Shown here in pieces: positions 11,299-21,121 of a stretch of DNA of 64,000 nucleotides; position 1 is the stretch's first letter, and each line of letters begins with the position of its first letter. The translations under genes were made by a program, and so were the position numbers. Origin of the DNA: an uncultured Thermoproteaceae archaeon (lineage in GTDB: Archaea > Thermoproteota > Thermoprotei > Thermoproteales > Thermocladiaceae); contig CAZNTG010000006.1 of the NCBI GenBank assembly GCA_964575955.1, positions 352,001 through 416,000 of the forward strand. The letters are read 5' to 3'. The notes below the pieces were generated by a model, which was given only the letters and a program-made list of their open reading frames with translations, did no database searches and was not told the origin of the DNA.

Positions 11299-11301
11299 TA
11301 A

Positions 11302-11904
11302 CTATTCGATATATATTCCACATTTCAATATCCTCCTATATATTGATTGTCTTTCATCTTCTGGAAAGTATTCTAACGCCTTCTTTAGATATGTCTTATT
11401 TAACTTTAAATCATATTTTTCTTCTGCTAAATATTCAGCAATTTTATTTAGAAATTCTTCACCTTCCTGAGTTGCCTCTCTAGCTTTTAATACTATTAAA
11501 TCTTCAAGTCTTATATGTCTAATATCTAGATCTTCTATTCTCTTAGTTGGAGTATTTTTTAACATCTCTTCAGGTATGTATATGTCTAATATATTTTCCA
11601 TGAGGTCTACTCTAACTACATCACCATTAACTAGAACTTCATAGTATATTAAACCGTGCATTGTTGTACCAATATCCCAATCATTTTGTCTTGCAATTTC
11701 TTCGAAAAATTCACTCTCGGCGAATACACATTTATTTGTTATGAAGAGATCTACATCATGTACTTCCCAAGGTACGTTGTATACTAGTGGTAGTATTAGA
11801 CTTCCAATAAGGACAAATTCAACGCCATTGTCGTGGAGGACCTTACCTACGCGTATCAGGGCTTTCTTAAATGGTTCCACTTTTTCAAGCTCTTTCCTTC
11901 TCAT
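11302..11904 (-). CDS. Pol-beta-superfamily nucleotidyltransferase (DUF2204/COG4914-like)
   Basis: FVLIGS, HDVDLFI (DxD), VRVDLMEN, LEDLIVLKAR. Confidence 0.8.
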   Translation of the reverse strand: MRRKELEKVEPFKKALIRVGKVLHDNGVEFVLIGSLILPLVYNVPWEVHDVDLFITNKCVFAESEFFEEIARQNDWDIGTTMHGLIYYEVLVNGDVVRVDLMENILDIYIPEEMLKNTPTKRIEDLDIRHIRLEDLIVLKAREATQEGEEFLNKIAEYLAEEKYDLKLNKTYLKKALEYFPEDERQSIYRRILKCGIYIE

Positions 11905-11954
11905 ATTAGATCAACTGCTAGCAGTAACATAAATATATAAAATCTTTTAAGGTT

Positions 11955-12422
11955 ATGTGTGTGAACATGCAGGAAACACAGATGCCATCATTACCACCTC
12001 TAAAGGCTGTGCAATTTAGACTAGACTACATACACGCTGAGAGATTACCAATACCACACTCACCTTCACAACCTGTAAACATGATGTTTAATTTAAATAT
12101 ACTGAATACAAATGTGACATCTCAAGATAGTACGGTAGAAGTTCCATTTGTAGTTAACATATCTTCAATGCCCTCAATAATATCTGTAACATTGAAAGGT
12201 GCATTAATACTACAATTTGAGAAGAAGAGTGATGCGGAAGAGATGTTGAAAAACATATCTGAGGGTAAGGTTCCTGACGCTATAAACATGGTGATAATGC
12301 AGTATATAATATTTGAAGTTAGTCTAATTATGAGAGAACTTGGTATGCCTCCAATGATACCTATACCACAGATACAACCTCAAAAACCTGGAGATAAAAC
12401 TACAGAAATGCACTATGTGTAG
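11955..12422 (+). CDS. Conserved archaeal hypothetical protein, possible SecB-like fold
   Basis: Four predicted beta strands then helix ending MRELGMPPMIPIP. Confidence 0.6.
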   Translation: MCVNMQETQMPSLPPLKAVQFRLDYIHAERLPIPHSPSQPVNMMFNLNILNTNVTSQDSTVEVPFVVNISSMPSIISVTLKGALILQFEKKSDAEEMLKNISEGKVPDAINMVIMQYIIFEVSLIMRELGMPPMIPIPQIQPQKPGDKTTEMHYV

Positions 12423-13381
12423 CCTATAAAATATTGCCAACCTCTATATTTAAGTTGTACATCTCTATAAAATACCTGTACATTGTTGATCATAGATACT
12501 GATCCAATAATTATGAAACCAAGATCTTGTAAGATATCTATAAGCTCTCTATCATTTTTATCAACTATAAATACTGGAACATACTCTTCACCACCATTAA
12601 AAACAACTTCTAAAATATCAATATTATTTTCTTGACAGAATGATATAATATCACTTGTTGTTGGTAACGTATCTATTCTTATACAACATCTAGAATATTC
12701 AGCAATATTCCATAATGTAGCTCCAAGACCATCACTAACATCACTTGAAGCAATTATCCTATCTACATACTGTTCTAATATGTTCACAATATTGAAATCT
12801 ATCATAGGCTTCTTAATGAATGATAAACCTCTCCTAACTACTTCATTATCAATATATTTATTTAAAACTCCTCTATAGTTAAGATGAAATACTAGACCAG
12901 TATATCCAAATATTGGTTTTGTCATTATTATACCATCTCTATAACACTTAAGTGGTATTTCTCTCTTAGCCATTCCTATTCCAGCTATAGTTATTGAATT
13001 TTCTATACCCTCATTTGTATCGATCTTAGATATTTCAATATTGTGTTTAGTGCAGAAGTCTAATATTCCTCTAATTAATTCTTCAAGATTTTCAAAATCT
13101 TCATTGGAGTTTAATGATATTGATATAGATATTGAGATTGGTCTACATATCTTAGCTATTAGATCACTAATACATCCAGCAACAGCTCTCCAACCACAGT
13201 CATACCATGTTGTGAATTCTAATTTCCATCTTGAGAATGTATATCCTTCGATGTTTATTGCTAATATTCTATCATGAATTTTTAAGTAGTGAACATCGTT
13301 ATATTCATATTGTAGATATTTTCTTATAAGTTCTATACATCTTCTAACTATTTCTCTCTCACCAAGTTTATAAAGTTTCAC
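12413..13381 (-). CDS. thiL: Thiamine-monophosphate kinase (PurM/ThiL family)
   Basis: LGEREIV, GWRAVAGCISDL, ASSDVSDGL, GGEEY, GWQYF. Confidence 0.85.
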   Translation of the reverse strand: MKLYKLGEREIVRRCIELIRKYLQYEYNDVHYLKIHDRILAINIEGYTFSRWKLEFTTWYDCGWRAVAGCISDLIAKICRPISISISISLNSNEDFENLEELIRGILDFCTKHNIEISKIDTNEGIENSITIAGIGMAKREIPLKCYRDGIIMTKPIFGYTGLVFHLNYRGVLNKYIDNEVVRRGLSFIKKPMIDFNIVNILEQYVDRIIASSDVSDGLGATLWNIAEYSRCCIRIDTLPTTSDIISFCQENNIDILEVVFNGGEEYVPVFIVDKNDRELIDILQDLGFIIIGSVSMINNVQVFYRDVQLKYRGWQYFIGYT

Positions 13382-13387
13382 AAAATA

Positions 13388-13756
13388 CTACTCTACTATC
13401 TGTTTTAGAAGTTTAATTACTTCTTCAGGACCTGACGTTTTGCATAGTTCCCATAGTGGATTTTTATAATCTTCACTTACCTTATCTTCTTCACATATCA
13501 TATATTTACATATTCTATACCTATTATCACATTTTTGTAATATTCCTTTCTTTACAAGTTCGTCAAGTACATATTTTATTAATGTTAATTTTATCGGTTT
13601 TACATTTCCCTTCTCTCCAGCATATTCTGAGAGTCTACGTGGTGTAAAGCTGACACAGTTTCCTCTAGCTTCTTTAACAGCTTTCCAAATTCCAATAGCT
13701 ACTTCCTCAACTATTAAGCTAAATTTCTCATATGAACTTGTTCTTGATGTCATCAT
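13388..13756 (-). CDS. Small putative winged-helix DNA-binding protein
   Basis: ARGNCVSFTPRRLSE...YVLDELVKKGIL; similar to 31424-31885. Confidence 0.65.
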   Translation of the reverse strand: MMTSRTSSYEKFSLIVEEVAIGIWKAVKEARGNCVSFTPRRLSEYAGEKGNVKPIKLTLIKYVLDELVKKGILQKCDNRYRICKYMICEEDKVSEDYKNPLWELCKTSGPEEVIKLLKQIVE

Positions 13757-13885
13757 GTGTTCAAGCTGTACACGATATAAAAATGCGATATTTACTAATG
13801 TATACGCATGTCCTGATACTAGTGGTCTACTTTTAACTATATTGATGCTGGTTATGTAGAACGTTGTTTTTGAACTATCCTGATA

Positions 13886-14746
13886 TTAAAAGTGTAAGCT
13901 TAGTATTGCTAGACAGGTTATTGCTGATATTAGTTGAGAAATCATATTTATATACTCACCTCTGAATTTTCCAAAACCCCATAAACGTTCTGTCTCTTCA
14001 CCGCAGTGAATATGAGATTCACATATTATACCACATACTCTACATCTTCTCTTCTCCTGTAAGATGTAGCCTAGTATGCTGTCAGAGATCTCTCCAACAA
14101 TTCCCGATATGAATATTGATATGCCTATCAAGATAACATTACCTGATCTACATATTAGAATCGTGTTTGGAATAGTGAACATTGCTAGACAGGTTATGAT
14201 TGCTATAGTTCCTGCACCAGCTATAGATGCTGCAATACCGAGTGGAGATACAGCACCTGAAGTTCCAGGTTCAGCTTTTTTATAAGGTTTCAATATTAGT
14301 CTTGGATATCCTCTATACAGAACACCAATTTCAGAAGCCCATGTATCAGCGTTAGATGTCGCAATCATAGCTATTGGAAGTATTGCTAATTTCTCAGCAA
14401 AATTTTTCAAACCAACAATATACATAACCATGCTTGACGTACCTAGAAGTCCTGGAAGTAGACCAACACCTAGAACTTGAATTCTAGTTCTTCCAAATAT
14501 GTCTGTTGATGTTAATCTCGAAAGTTTGTAATTCTTTCCTAATCTTGTAAATATTGAGGATAATATTACAAATGTTATATATGTTAAAAATTGTACAATT
14601 CCTGGAATTATATTTAATATTGATACTAGTATAGCATCTCTAATAGCATCGTTAGTAATAATTTTAAGCTTTGCAGAATGTTTAGATAATGCTAATACTA
14701 ACAGTATCGATACTACTACATATGTTGTATAGTAGATAGTGTTCAT
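13886..14746 (-). CDS. DUF92/TMEM19-family membrane protein
   Basis: ADTWASEIG, PGTSGAVSPLG, DSILGYILQ, multiple TMs. Confidence 0.88.
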   Translation of the reverse strand: MNTIYYTTYVVVSILLVLALSKHSAKLKIITNDAIRDAILVSILNIIPGIVQFLTYITFVILSSIFTRLGKNYKLSRLTSTDIFGRTRIQVLGVGLLPGLLGTSSMVMYIVGLKNFAEKLAILPIAMIATSNADTWASEIGVLYRGYPRLILKPYKKAEPGTSGAVSPLGIAASIAGAGTIAIITCLAMFTIPNTILICRSGNVILIGISIFISGIVGEISDSILGYILQEKRRCRVCGIICESHIHCGEETERLWGFGKFRGEYINMISQLISAITCLAILSLHF

Positions 14747-14749
14747 CTA

Positions 14750-15160
14750 CTACTCTCCCAATACTTCAACAATAACTCTACGTGCTCTAGGTCCATCCAT
14801 ATCTACTAGTAGTATTTCTTGCCATGTACCTCTAACAATTCTACCATTAACTAATGGAAATATTCTTGAAGAACCTACCATAGCACTTGCTAGATGCGCA
14901 TTTGCATTATCGTCAATCCTGTTATGTAGATATTGACCATCTCTTGGAAATACTTGAAGAAGTTTACTTAGATAGTCTGTTCTTAGTCCAGGTTCATCTT
15001 CATTAACTATTAGTAGTGCTGTTGCATGTGGTACATATACTAGAACTATACCATTCTTAATACCACTCTCAGCTACAATCTTCTCAACTTCTCTAGTAAT
15101 ATTCACAATATCTTCTCTAGATTTTGTAGATACTGTAAACTCCTTTACAAATACCTTCAC
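14750..15160 (-). CDS. yjbQ: YjbQ/UPF0047 family protein
   Basis: PHATALLIVNEDEPGL, HNRIDDNANAHL, GTWQEILLVDMDGPR. Confidence 0.93.
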   Translation of the reverse strand: MKVFVKEFTVSTKSREDIVNITREVEKIVAESGIKNGIVLVYVPHATALLIVNEDEPGLRTDYLSKLLQVFPRDGQYLHNRIDDNANAHLASAMVGSSRIFPLVNGRIVRGTWQEILLVDMDGPRARRVIVEVLGE

Positions 15161-15223
15161 AATAGTTAGAAAAGCCTGAACTATAAATAACTTTTATTAT
15201 TTAGTTTCTAAGCTGAGAACAGT

Positions 15224-16270
15224 ATGACAACTCTAAGTACTATCATAGATACACTATCTAGAAGATATGTCGAGTATGTAGATTCAAAATTGAGAGATTA
15301 CCTATCTAGAAGATGTGATAGAGAATTTCTAGATGTAGTGTTATATCAAATTGAGACTGGAGGTAAGAGAATTAGACCAATAATAACACTACTATTCACA
15401 GAAACTCTAGGTAAAGACTTTAAAGAAGCACTACCTGAAGCATGCATTGTAGAACTTATACATGAATACTCATTAATATTTGACGATATCATAGATAGGT
15501 CAGTAGTTAGGAGAAAGAGAAATACCGCGTGGAGAGAATTTGGTCAAAATTTTGCAATACTTGCAGGACTATGGTATAGAGAGGCAATTGAAGAAGCAAT
15601 ATTAGAAACAAAAAATCCAAAAATAGTATCAAAATTAGTATCAGAAACAATAAGAGAAATTATTGAAGGAGAAAGACTAGACATACTACTAGAAGCAACA
15701 GGAAGAGAAGATCCATACTATATGAAGTATAGGATAATTGATAGAATAAATATTGAAGATATAGAGAATATATATCTAAAGATGATAGAGAAGAAAACTG
15801 TAGCACTATTCAAACTATCATCAATACTAGGAACATTAGCAGTAGTAGATAATTTAGAAAATGAATATGTATATGCAGCATGTAGATATGGTGAAAATAT
15901 TGGAAAAGCATTTCAAATGATAGATGACCTACTAGATATTTATGGAGAATTTACAAAATTTGGTAAAGAGATTGGTAAAGATATTAAAGAACATAAAATT
16001 GGAAATGCAGTTGTAGTATACACACTTAAGAACTGTTCAAAAGATGATAGAGAATTGATATTAAATACATTGAAGAAAGATAATATAGAGAGTGAAGATA
16101 TTAAGAGATTGATAGAGATATTCAATAAGTATAATGCGAAAAATGTGGTATTTGAAAAAGCTAGATATTACGTAGCTAAAGCTATAGAAGCAATTTCAAA
16201 ACTTCCTGAGAATGAACATAGGAAGAATTTAGAAGAGATAGCGAGATTTATAGTTGAACGTGAGTTCTAA
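15224..16270 (+). CDS. Short-chain polyprenyl diphosphate (GGPP) synthase
   Basis: GGKRIRP, FARM LIFDDIIDRSVVRR with Tyr at -5, KKT, SARM QMIDDLLD, GKDIKEHK. Confidence 0.92.
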   Translation: MTTLSTIIDTLSRRYVEYVDSKLRDYLSRRCDREFLDVVLYQIETGGKRIRPIITLLFTETLGKDFKEALPEACIVELIHEYSLIFDDIIDRSVVRRKRNTAWREFGQNFAILAGLWYREAIEEAILETKNPKIVSKLVSETIREIIEGERLDILLEATGREDPYYMKYRIIDRINIEDIENIYLKMIEKKTVALFKLSSILGTLAVVDNLENEYVYAACRYGENIGKAFQMIDDLLDIYGEFTKFGKEIGKDIKEHKIGNAVVVYTLKNCSKDDRELILNTLKKDNIESEDIKRLIEIFNKYNAKNVVFEKARYYVAKAIEAISKLPENEHRKNLEEIARFIVEREF

Positions 16271-17027
16271 ATTAGTACTTCTAAAGATAGGTGGAAATTT
16301 AGCAAGTCCTAAAGATAAGTTTAGAGAAGTAGATTATAGAAACATTGAAGAGGTAGTTAAAGTCATTAAATATAAATTTAATCAAGGTTACAACTTCATA
16401 ATACTACATGGAGGAGGTTCACATGCACATACGCCAAGTAGATGTTATGGTTTAACAAGAATTTTATATAAAGATAATGCTTTAGGATTATCATTAACAA
16501 AATTACTATTGAAAGAACTAAATTTAGAGATATGTAAAATATTTATAAGATATGGTCTTCCAATACTAATGTTCGATACCTGTAGTCTTATTAGACATGA
16601 CAATACTCTAGATCTACATGTTATTGATGAAGCTATAAAATCAAGATTTATACCTATACTTCACGGAGATATAACAGTTATAGAACATAGATCATTTATA
16701 ATTAGTAGTGATGATTTAGCATTAATACTTGCTAAGAAGTATAGACCTGACATTACGATATTTATAATTAGAGAGAGAGGTATAGTTGATAGGTATGGAA
16801 ATACTATACGTAGAGTAACTCCAGACATATTAAAAGATTTAATGAAAACCGAAGAGAATATGAACTATGTAGATGTTACAGGTGGTATTATGAAGAAATT
16901 GAATGTGTGTTTTGAAATTTCTAAAATATGTAAAGTCTATATATGTCCTCCAGAATTTGAATGCCTATGTTCCTGTATTGATGGTTTTGAATGTGATAGA
17001 TGTTCACTTATTGAAACATCTAATTAA
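16254..17027 (+). CDS. ipk: Isopentenyl phosphate kinase (amino-acid kinase fold)
   Basis: LLKIGG, HGGGSHAH, PILHGD, SSDD, DVTGGIMKK; adjacent to GGPP synthase. Confidence 0.88.
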   Translation: MNVSSKLVLLKIGGNLASPKDKFREVDYRNIEEVVKVIKYKFNQGYNFIILHGGGSHAHTPSRCYGLTRILYKDNALGLSLTKLLLKELNLEICKIFIRYGLPILMFDTCSLIRHDNTLDLHVIDEAIKSRFIPILHGDITVIEHRSFIISSDDLALILAKKYRPDITIFIIRERGIVDRYGNTIRRVTPDILKDLMKTEENMNYVDVTGGIMKKLNVCFEISKICKVYICPPEFECLCSCIDGFECDRCSLIETSN

Positions 17028-17993
17028 TAATTTTTCTAATTCTTCAACACTTCTGTAGTTAAATATTAAACATTTAATAGATCTTGAATACTTATCACCT
17101 ACTAAGATGAGTGGTCTATCAAATCTGTATATGTAATATCTAGCTTCGACATATTTGAGAATTGGTGAACCAATCTTCAATAATAGTGTTGCATTTCCAT
17201 GAACTAGGTATAGTGCTGCTATGTTTAAGATTATTGAATTATCTTTCATCTCTACTACAGTGCCTCTCAATATCCCATATCCTGTCTCAGTCTTATTTTT
17301 AGTTTTATACATAGCCTCTGCTAATACTTCTAAATACTTCTCTAACTGTCTTCCTGATATCGATTTTGTAAATGTTAAATTTACCTGTGCTAACATAAGT
17401 GCAATTCTCAGTTTTTTCGAAGTTATATTTACACTAATAGTAGTATTTCCATATGATGAAGTTATATTTCCTTTTTGAGGTGTTATGAAGTATTTGGGAA
17501 TTGTTAATATTATCAAGAGTAGTGATGTGAATATTGTAAGATTAGATATTGGATATATGTTAAACTCTTCTAATGTTAATGTTCCATTTAGAGTTTTATT
17601 TAGCATATCTACAATTTTCATATACTTGCTACTCTGCATACTTTGAGGTATGTAATATACATCTACTAGAGGTTTTGAAATGTTTAATAGTTTAAGTGCT
17701 TGAGTGTATAGATATGTAATATTTTTAATATATTCAAAGTCTACTATCCTAATAATCTCATACCTATATTCTGGATATGCTGATACTAATTTTGAAGCTA
17801 CATCTCTACACATATATATGTTTCCTCCAGCAGCTCTACATATTACATCTAGAGTAAATGTTAGAAGTTGTGGTTTTGAAGTTCCACCTCTAAAGAATAG
17901 ACCAAATGAGTATAGTATATACCCAGCTTCAGCTATGATTATTGCTAGTAGTGCTATTATTAGAAATCTCTTTCTCTTTCTTTTAGCAGCCAT
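17004..17993 (-). CDS. Membrane-anchored extracellular hypothetical protein
   Basis: KRKRKR followed by a TM segment; many N-glycosylation sequons. Confidence 0.7.
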   Translation of the reverse strand: MAAKRKRKRFLIIALLAIIIAEAGYILYSFGLFFRGGTSKPQLLTFTLDVICRAAGGNIYMCRDVASKLVSAYPEYRYEIIRIVDFEYIKNITYLYTQALKLLNISKPLVDVYYIPQSMQSSKYMKIVDMLNKTLNGTLTLEEFNIYPISNLTIFTSLLLIILTIPKYFITPQKGNITSSYGNTTISVNITSKKLRIALMLAQVNLTFTKSISGRQLEKYLEVLAEAMYKTKNKTETGYGILRGTVVEMKDNSIILNIAALYLVHGNATLLLKIGSPILKYVEARYYIYRFDRPLILVGDKYSRSIKCLIFNYRSVEELEKLLIRCFNK

Positions 17994-18100
17994 ATTTACG
18001 CATAGACTATTTTATGTAACTTTTAACATTAACACTAGCAATATTTTGCAAAGCGTGAAGCGAGTACTATTTTTAAATCTATCGGATAATTTAAAGATAA

Positions 18101-19078
18101 GTGAAGATCATACTAGGCACACCTATAAATGGTATTCCTAAACCATGGCATCACTATACTATTGATGGAATTATGATTAATGCATTTGAGATTCTGAGTA
18201 AGAATTATCATAGAAGATTTGAGAATGCTCATGAGATTGTAAGTGCAGATATAAGTTATTCAATATGGATTGATAGTGGTGGATATCAATTCCTTAGACA
18301 TGGAATGGTTCCTAATGTTGATAAGATATGTGAAATATATACAAAGTTCGAAGATGCTCAATACTGTCTAAATCTAGATCTACCACCATCTCCAACAGAT
18401 AGTGTAGATTTAGCTAGAAAGAAGATGTATCTAAGTTTTGAAAATTTTCAAAAATTGAGAAGTAGATTGAAAGATAGAGTCATACCTGTACTACACTACT
18501 ACCATAGAGAAGATTTATGTTTTGAATTTTTAAAGAAATATCTAGACTATTCATGTGAAGTAATTGCAATTGGAGCATTAGTACCATATGTATTAATATT
18601 GAAAGGTGTTAAAGGAAGTAGTAGATTAGACGCAATGCAATTTTTAATGAAAGTTAAAGATATATTGAGAGATTATAAATGTAAGATACATGTACTAGGA
18701 TTAGGTAGTCCTGTAGTAACACCAATACTTGAAATAATTGGCATAGATTCAACAGACTCATCTACATGGAGAGTTAAGGCAGCGTACGGTAAGGTCGTGC
18801 TTCCAGGTGGTGGTGAAGTTCATGTAACTTCTAGAACTGTAAATTTTGGTAAGAGAAAAGCAACTGAGAAAGATTTAGAATATCTAAAAAACTTCCTTAT
18901 AAGAACAAACTTTCCACTAATACACAGATTTGAAAGTATTCATACAAGTTTTGAATATAGAGCATTAGTAAATGCATATGTCATAAGTAGAAGTAGAGAG
19001 AAACCAAGATCTCAAGTATTTAGAAAGATCTATGATATAATCTCTAGAAAAATAGAAACAGATATTACCAAGCTATAA
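18101..19078 (+). CDS. Short tRNA-guanine transglycosylase (TGT/DpdA)-family protein
   Basis: IDSGGYQ, LDLPP, IPVLH, AIGALVP, IHVLG, DSTDSSTW. Confidence 0.82.
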   Translation: MKIILGTPINGIPKPWHHYTIDGIMINAFEILSKNYHRRFENAHEIVSADISYSIWIDSGGYQFLRHGMVPNVDKICEIYTKFEDAQYCLNLDLPPSPTDSVDLARKKMYLSFENFQKLRSRLKDRVIPVLHYYHREDLCFEFLKKYLDYSCEVIAIGALVPYVLILKGVKGSSRLDAMQFLMKVKDILRDYKCKIHVLGLGSPVVTPILEIIGIDSTDSSTWRVKAAYGKVVLPGGGEVHVTSRTVNFGKRKATEKDLEYLKNFLIRTNFPLIHRFESIHTSFEYRALVNAYVISRSREKPRSQVFRKIYDIISRKIETDITKL

Positions 19079-19091
19079 GCATACTCTAATA

Positions 19092-19427
19092 GTGAGTTTA
19101 GAAATATTGAAAAAAGAAGCATTAGAAATAGCTAAAACATTTAACAAAGGAAGATCCTGGATTAATAGAGTAGTTATTAGAGTATTGAGAAATACTATAA
19201 TTGAAGTAGTACCTGAAAAATTGTGGATTGTAAAAGGACTACCTGAACTAGGAGATAAATATACCACATATGAAGTATTTAGAAAAGACGAAAAATACTA
19301 CGCATGCACCTGTAGAATACATCTATGGGGTCATGCTAGAACTATCTGCACACATATTGGTGCAGTAATGTTATACCGAAAAATTAGGAAAGTGGAGCCG
19401 GGGCCGGGATTCGAACCCGGGAAATAA
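19092..19427 (+). CDS. SWIM zinc-finger protein
   Basis: YACTC...ICTHIGAV (CxC-xn-CxH). Confidence 0.8.
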   Translation: MSLEILKKEALEIAKTFNKGRSWINRVVIRVLRNTIIEVVPEKLWIVKGLPELGDKYTTYEVFRKDEKYYACTCRIHLWGHARTICTHIGAVMLYRKIRKVEPGPGFEPGK

Positions 19428-19470
19428 CGGGTCTGCAGCCCGCCGCCTTAGGCCGCTCGGCCACCCCGGC
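19393..19470 (-). tRNA. tRNA-Cys(GCA), CCA encoded, intronless
   Basis: GCCGGGG acceptor, anticodon arm GCGGG-CT-GCA-GA-CCCGT, GTTCGAATC T-loop, U73-CCA. Confidence 0.97.
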
Positions 19471-19515
19471 TTCTAAGAGAGACGTATAGTATACGAGTTA
19501 TAAAGATTTCTCAAT

Positions 19516-20661
19516 CTACAATACGCCTAGTTGATACATTGATATAAGTAGAAGTATTGGTATAATCATTAATCCTAGACCAATACTATACATAGACTTT
19601 CCTGTCACAATTGATGTAACTATACTTCCAAGTATTGAATATATGTATAGATTAATCTTCTCTCTAAAACTAATCATAGCGTTAATGATGTAATACATGA
19701 AGGGTATGTTAGTTTGTTTTAAATTCATAATGACAATCTTACCTAGACTTACACTATGTACTATACATAGAGTATATAGTAGAAGTATATAGCCTATAGG
19801 TATGAAAATTCCATACATAAAATTATTCTTAAGTATTGATAGTATTGTTGAGATAAACATATCTATTAACCTGTTAATTCTAGCTATAAACCATGGTGCA
19901 CCAATCTTCTTACCAAGTTCAACAACTCTATTAATCTCACATTCAAGTCTAGTCATTTCGATGATTTTAACATTCATAGGATTCCACATCAATTCATGTA
20001 GAGGGTTTAAGATTCTAGTCTTAATATTTAATAGTAGTCTAAATATTTTAAATAGCTGAGGTGTATAGAATATTGAAAATGTTATTGAAAATATTAGAAT
20101 TGATATTAAGATCATCACAGGTACATCAATATGAAGTATATAGCATATCAATACACATGGTATAGATGATGAGATAGATATTGTAAGTGGCTTAGTATAC
20201 TTATAATAGTCTATATCAGGTTGATATGTATGAACTATTGGTAAGAAAGCTAGAGGAATTATAAGTGTAAGAATCTTAAGCAATATATTAGATACTAAAA
20301 ACATTACAATTATAGAGAATAGGTATATTCCTATAACCCCTGTCAATAATGCTGTATATAGATCTGTTACACTCTTCTTTAAATTTCCTAAATATTCCTC
20401 AAGCTTCATAAAGAGGTATTCGAAGTGTATTGAAGATTCAACATTTGAAATTTCATAATTTCTAGATATAGATATTAAATACTCTTCTATAGATTTTGGA
20501 GAAAGATAACCTCTCATCCTTAAACTCATCAATGCTGTTAAGAACTTTCTATCTTCCTTATCCTCGCCTGATGCTATATATCTACAAGCTTCTTCATGAC
20601 CTACTACAGGTGCAAGTAAGACGTAAATTATTAGATTTATAATTCTCCTTATCTTAACCAC
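19516..20661 (-). CDS. Polytopic membrane protein, possible TadC/ArlJ-like pilus platform
   Basis: Two cytoplasmic-domain plus TM-cluster units; divergent from pilin-like genes. Confidence 0.5.
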   Translation of the reverse strand: MVKIRRIINLIIYVLLAPVVGHEEACRYIASGEDKEDRKFLTALMSLRMRGYLSPKSIEEYLISISRNYEISNVESSIHFEYLFMKLEEYLGNLKKSVTDLYTALLTGVIGIYLFSIIVMFLVSNILLKILTLIIPLAFLPIVHTYQPDIDYYKYTKPLTISISSSIPCVLICYILHIDVPVMILISILIFSITFSIFYTPQLFKIFRLLLNIKTRILNPLHELMWNPMNVKIIEMTRLECEINRVVELGKKIGAPWFIARINRLIDMFISTILSILKNNFMYGIFIPIGYILLLYTLCIVHSVSLGKIVIMNLKQTNIPFMYYIINAMISFREKINLYIYSILGSIVTSIVTGKSMYSIGLGLMIIPILLLISMYQLGVL

Positions 20662-20752
20662 AGTTTAAAATATTTGAAAAATTATTTAAAACATGTAGCT
20701 CATATACACCCATTAAAAACGATTTATAAATTAGATAGAGAAGCATCATAAC

Positions 20753-21118
20753 ATGAATTTCAGGAGAAGTTCGAAATATTGTAGAGGTATAAGTTCTATA
20801 GTTAGTATACTCATACTAGTTCAGATGTTTCTAATATCAATATTCACAATATATCTAATATTCATAGGGTATGGTAGTATTTGTTATCAAAATCATATAG
20901 AGGGTAGTATAGTTGGCAAGATGTTTGAAGTTGAGAGATATATAAAGAACGTTAGTGGTTATTACGATATTGAAGGTAATTGTGAACTGATAATTCATGG
21001 TAAGATTCTATACATACCCCCAAATTCGTACACCATATTTAGAAATATCTTACTTATAAAATGCATAAATGGTATAGCTTACATGGCATTTCCATCAACA
21101 TCATTTATCTGGGGTTAA
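20753..21118 (+). CDS. Type IV pilin-like protein (class III signal peptide)
   Basis: RRSSKYCRG/ISSIVSILILV hydrophobic stretch. Confidence 0.65.
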   Translation: MNFRRSSKYCRGISSIVSILILVQMFLISIFTIYLIFIGYGSICYQNHIEGSIVGKMFEVERYIKNVSGYYDIEGNCELIIHGKILYIPPNSYTIFRNILLIKCINGIAYMAFPSTSFIWG

Positions 21119-21121
21119 AAC

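Noticed and set aside
13757-13885. Intergenic region with two CCTGA words
   Set aside because: No convincing box C; more likely promoter sequence
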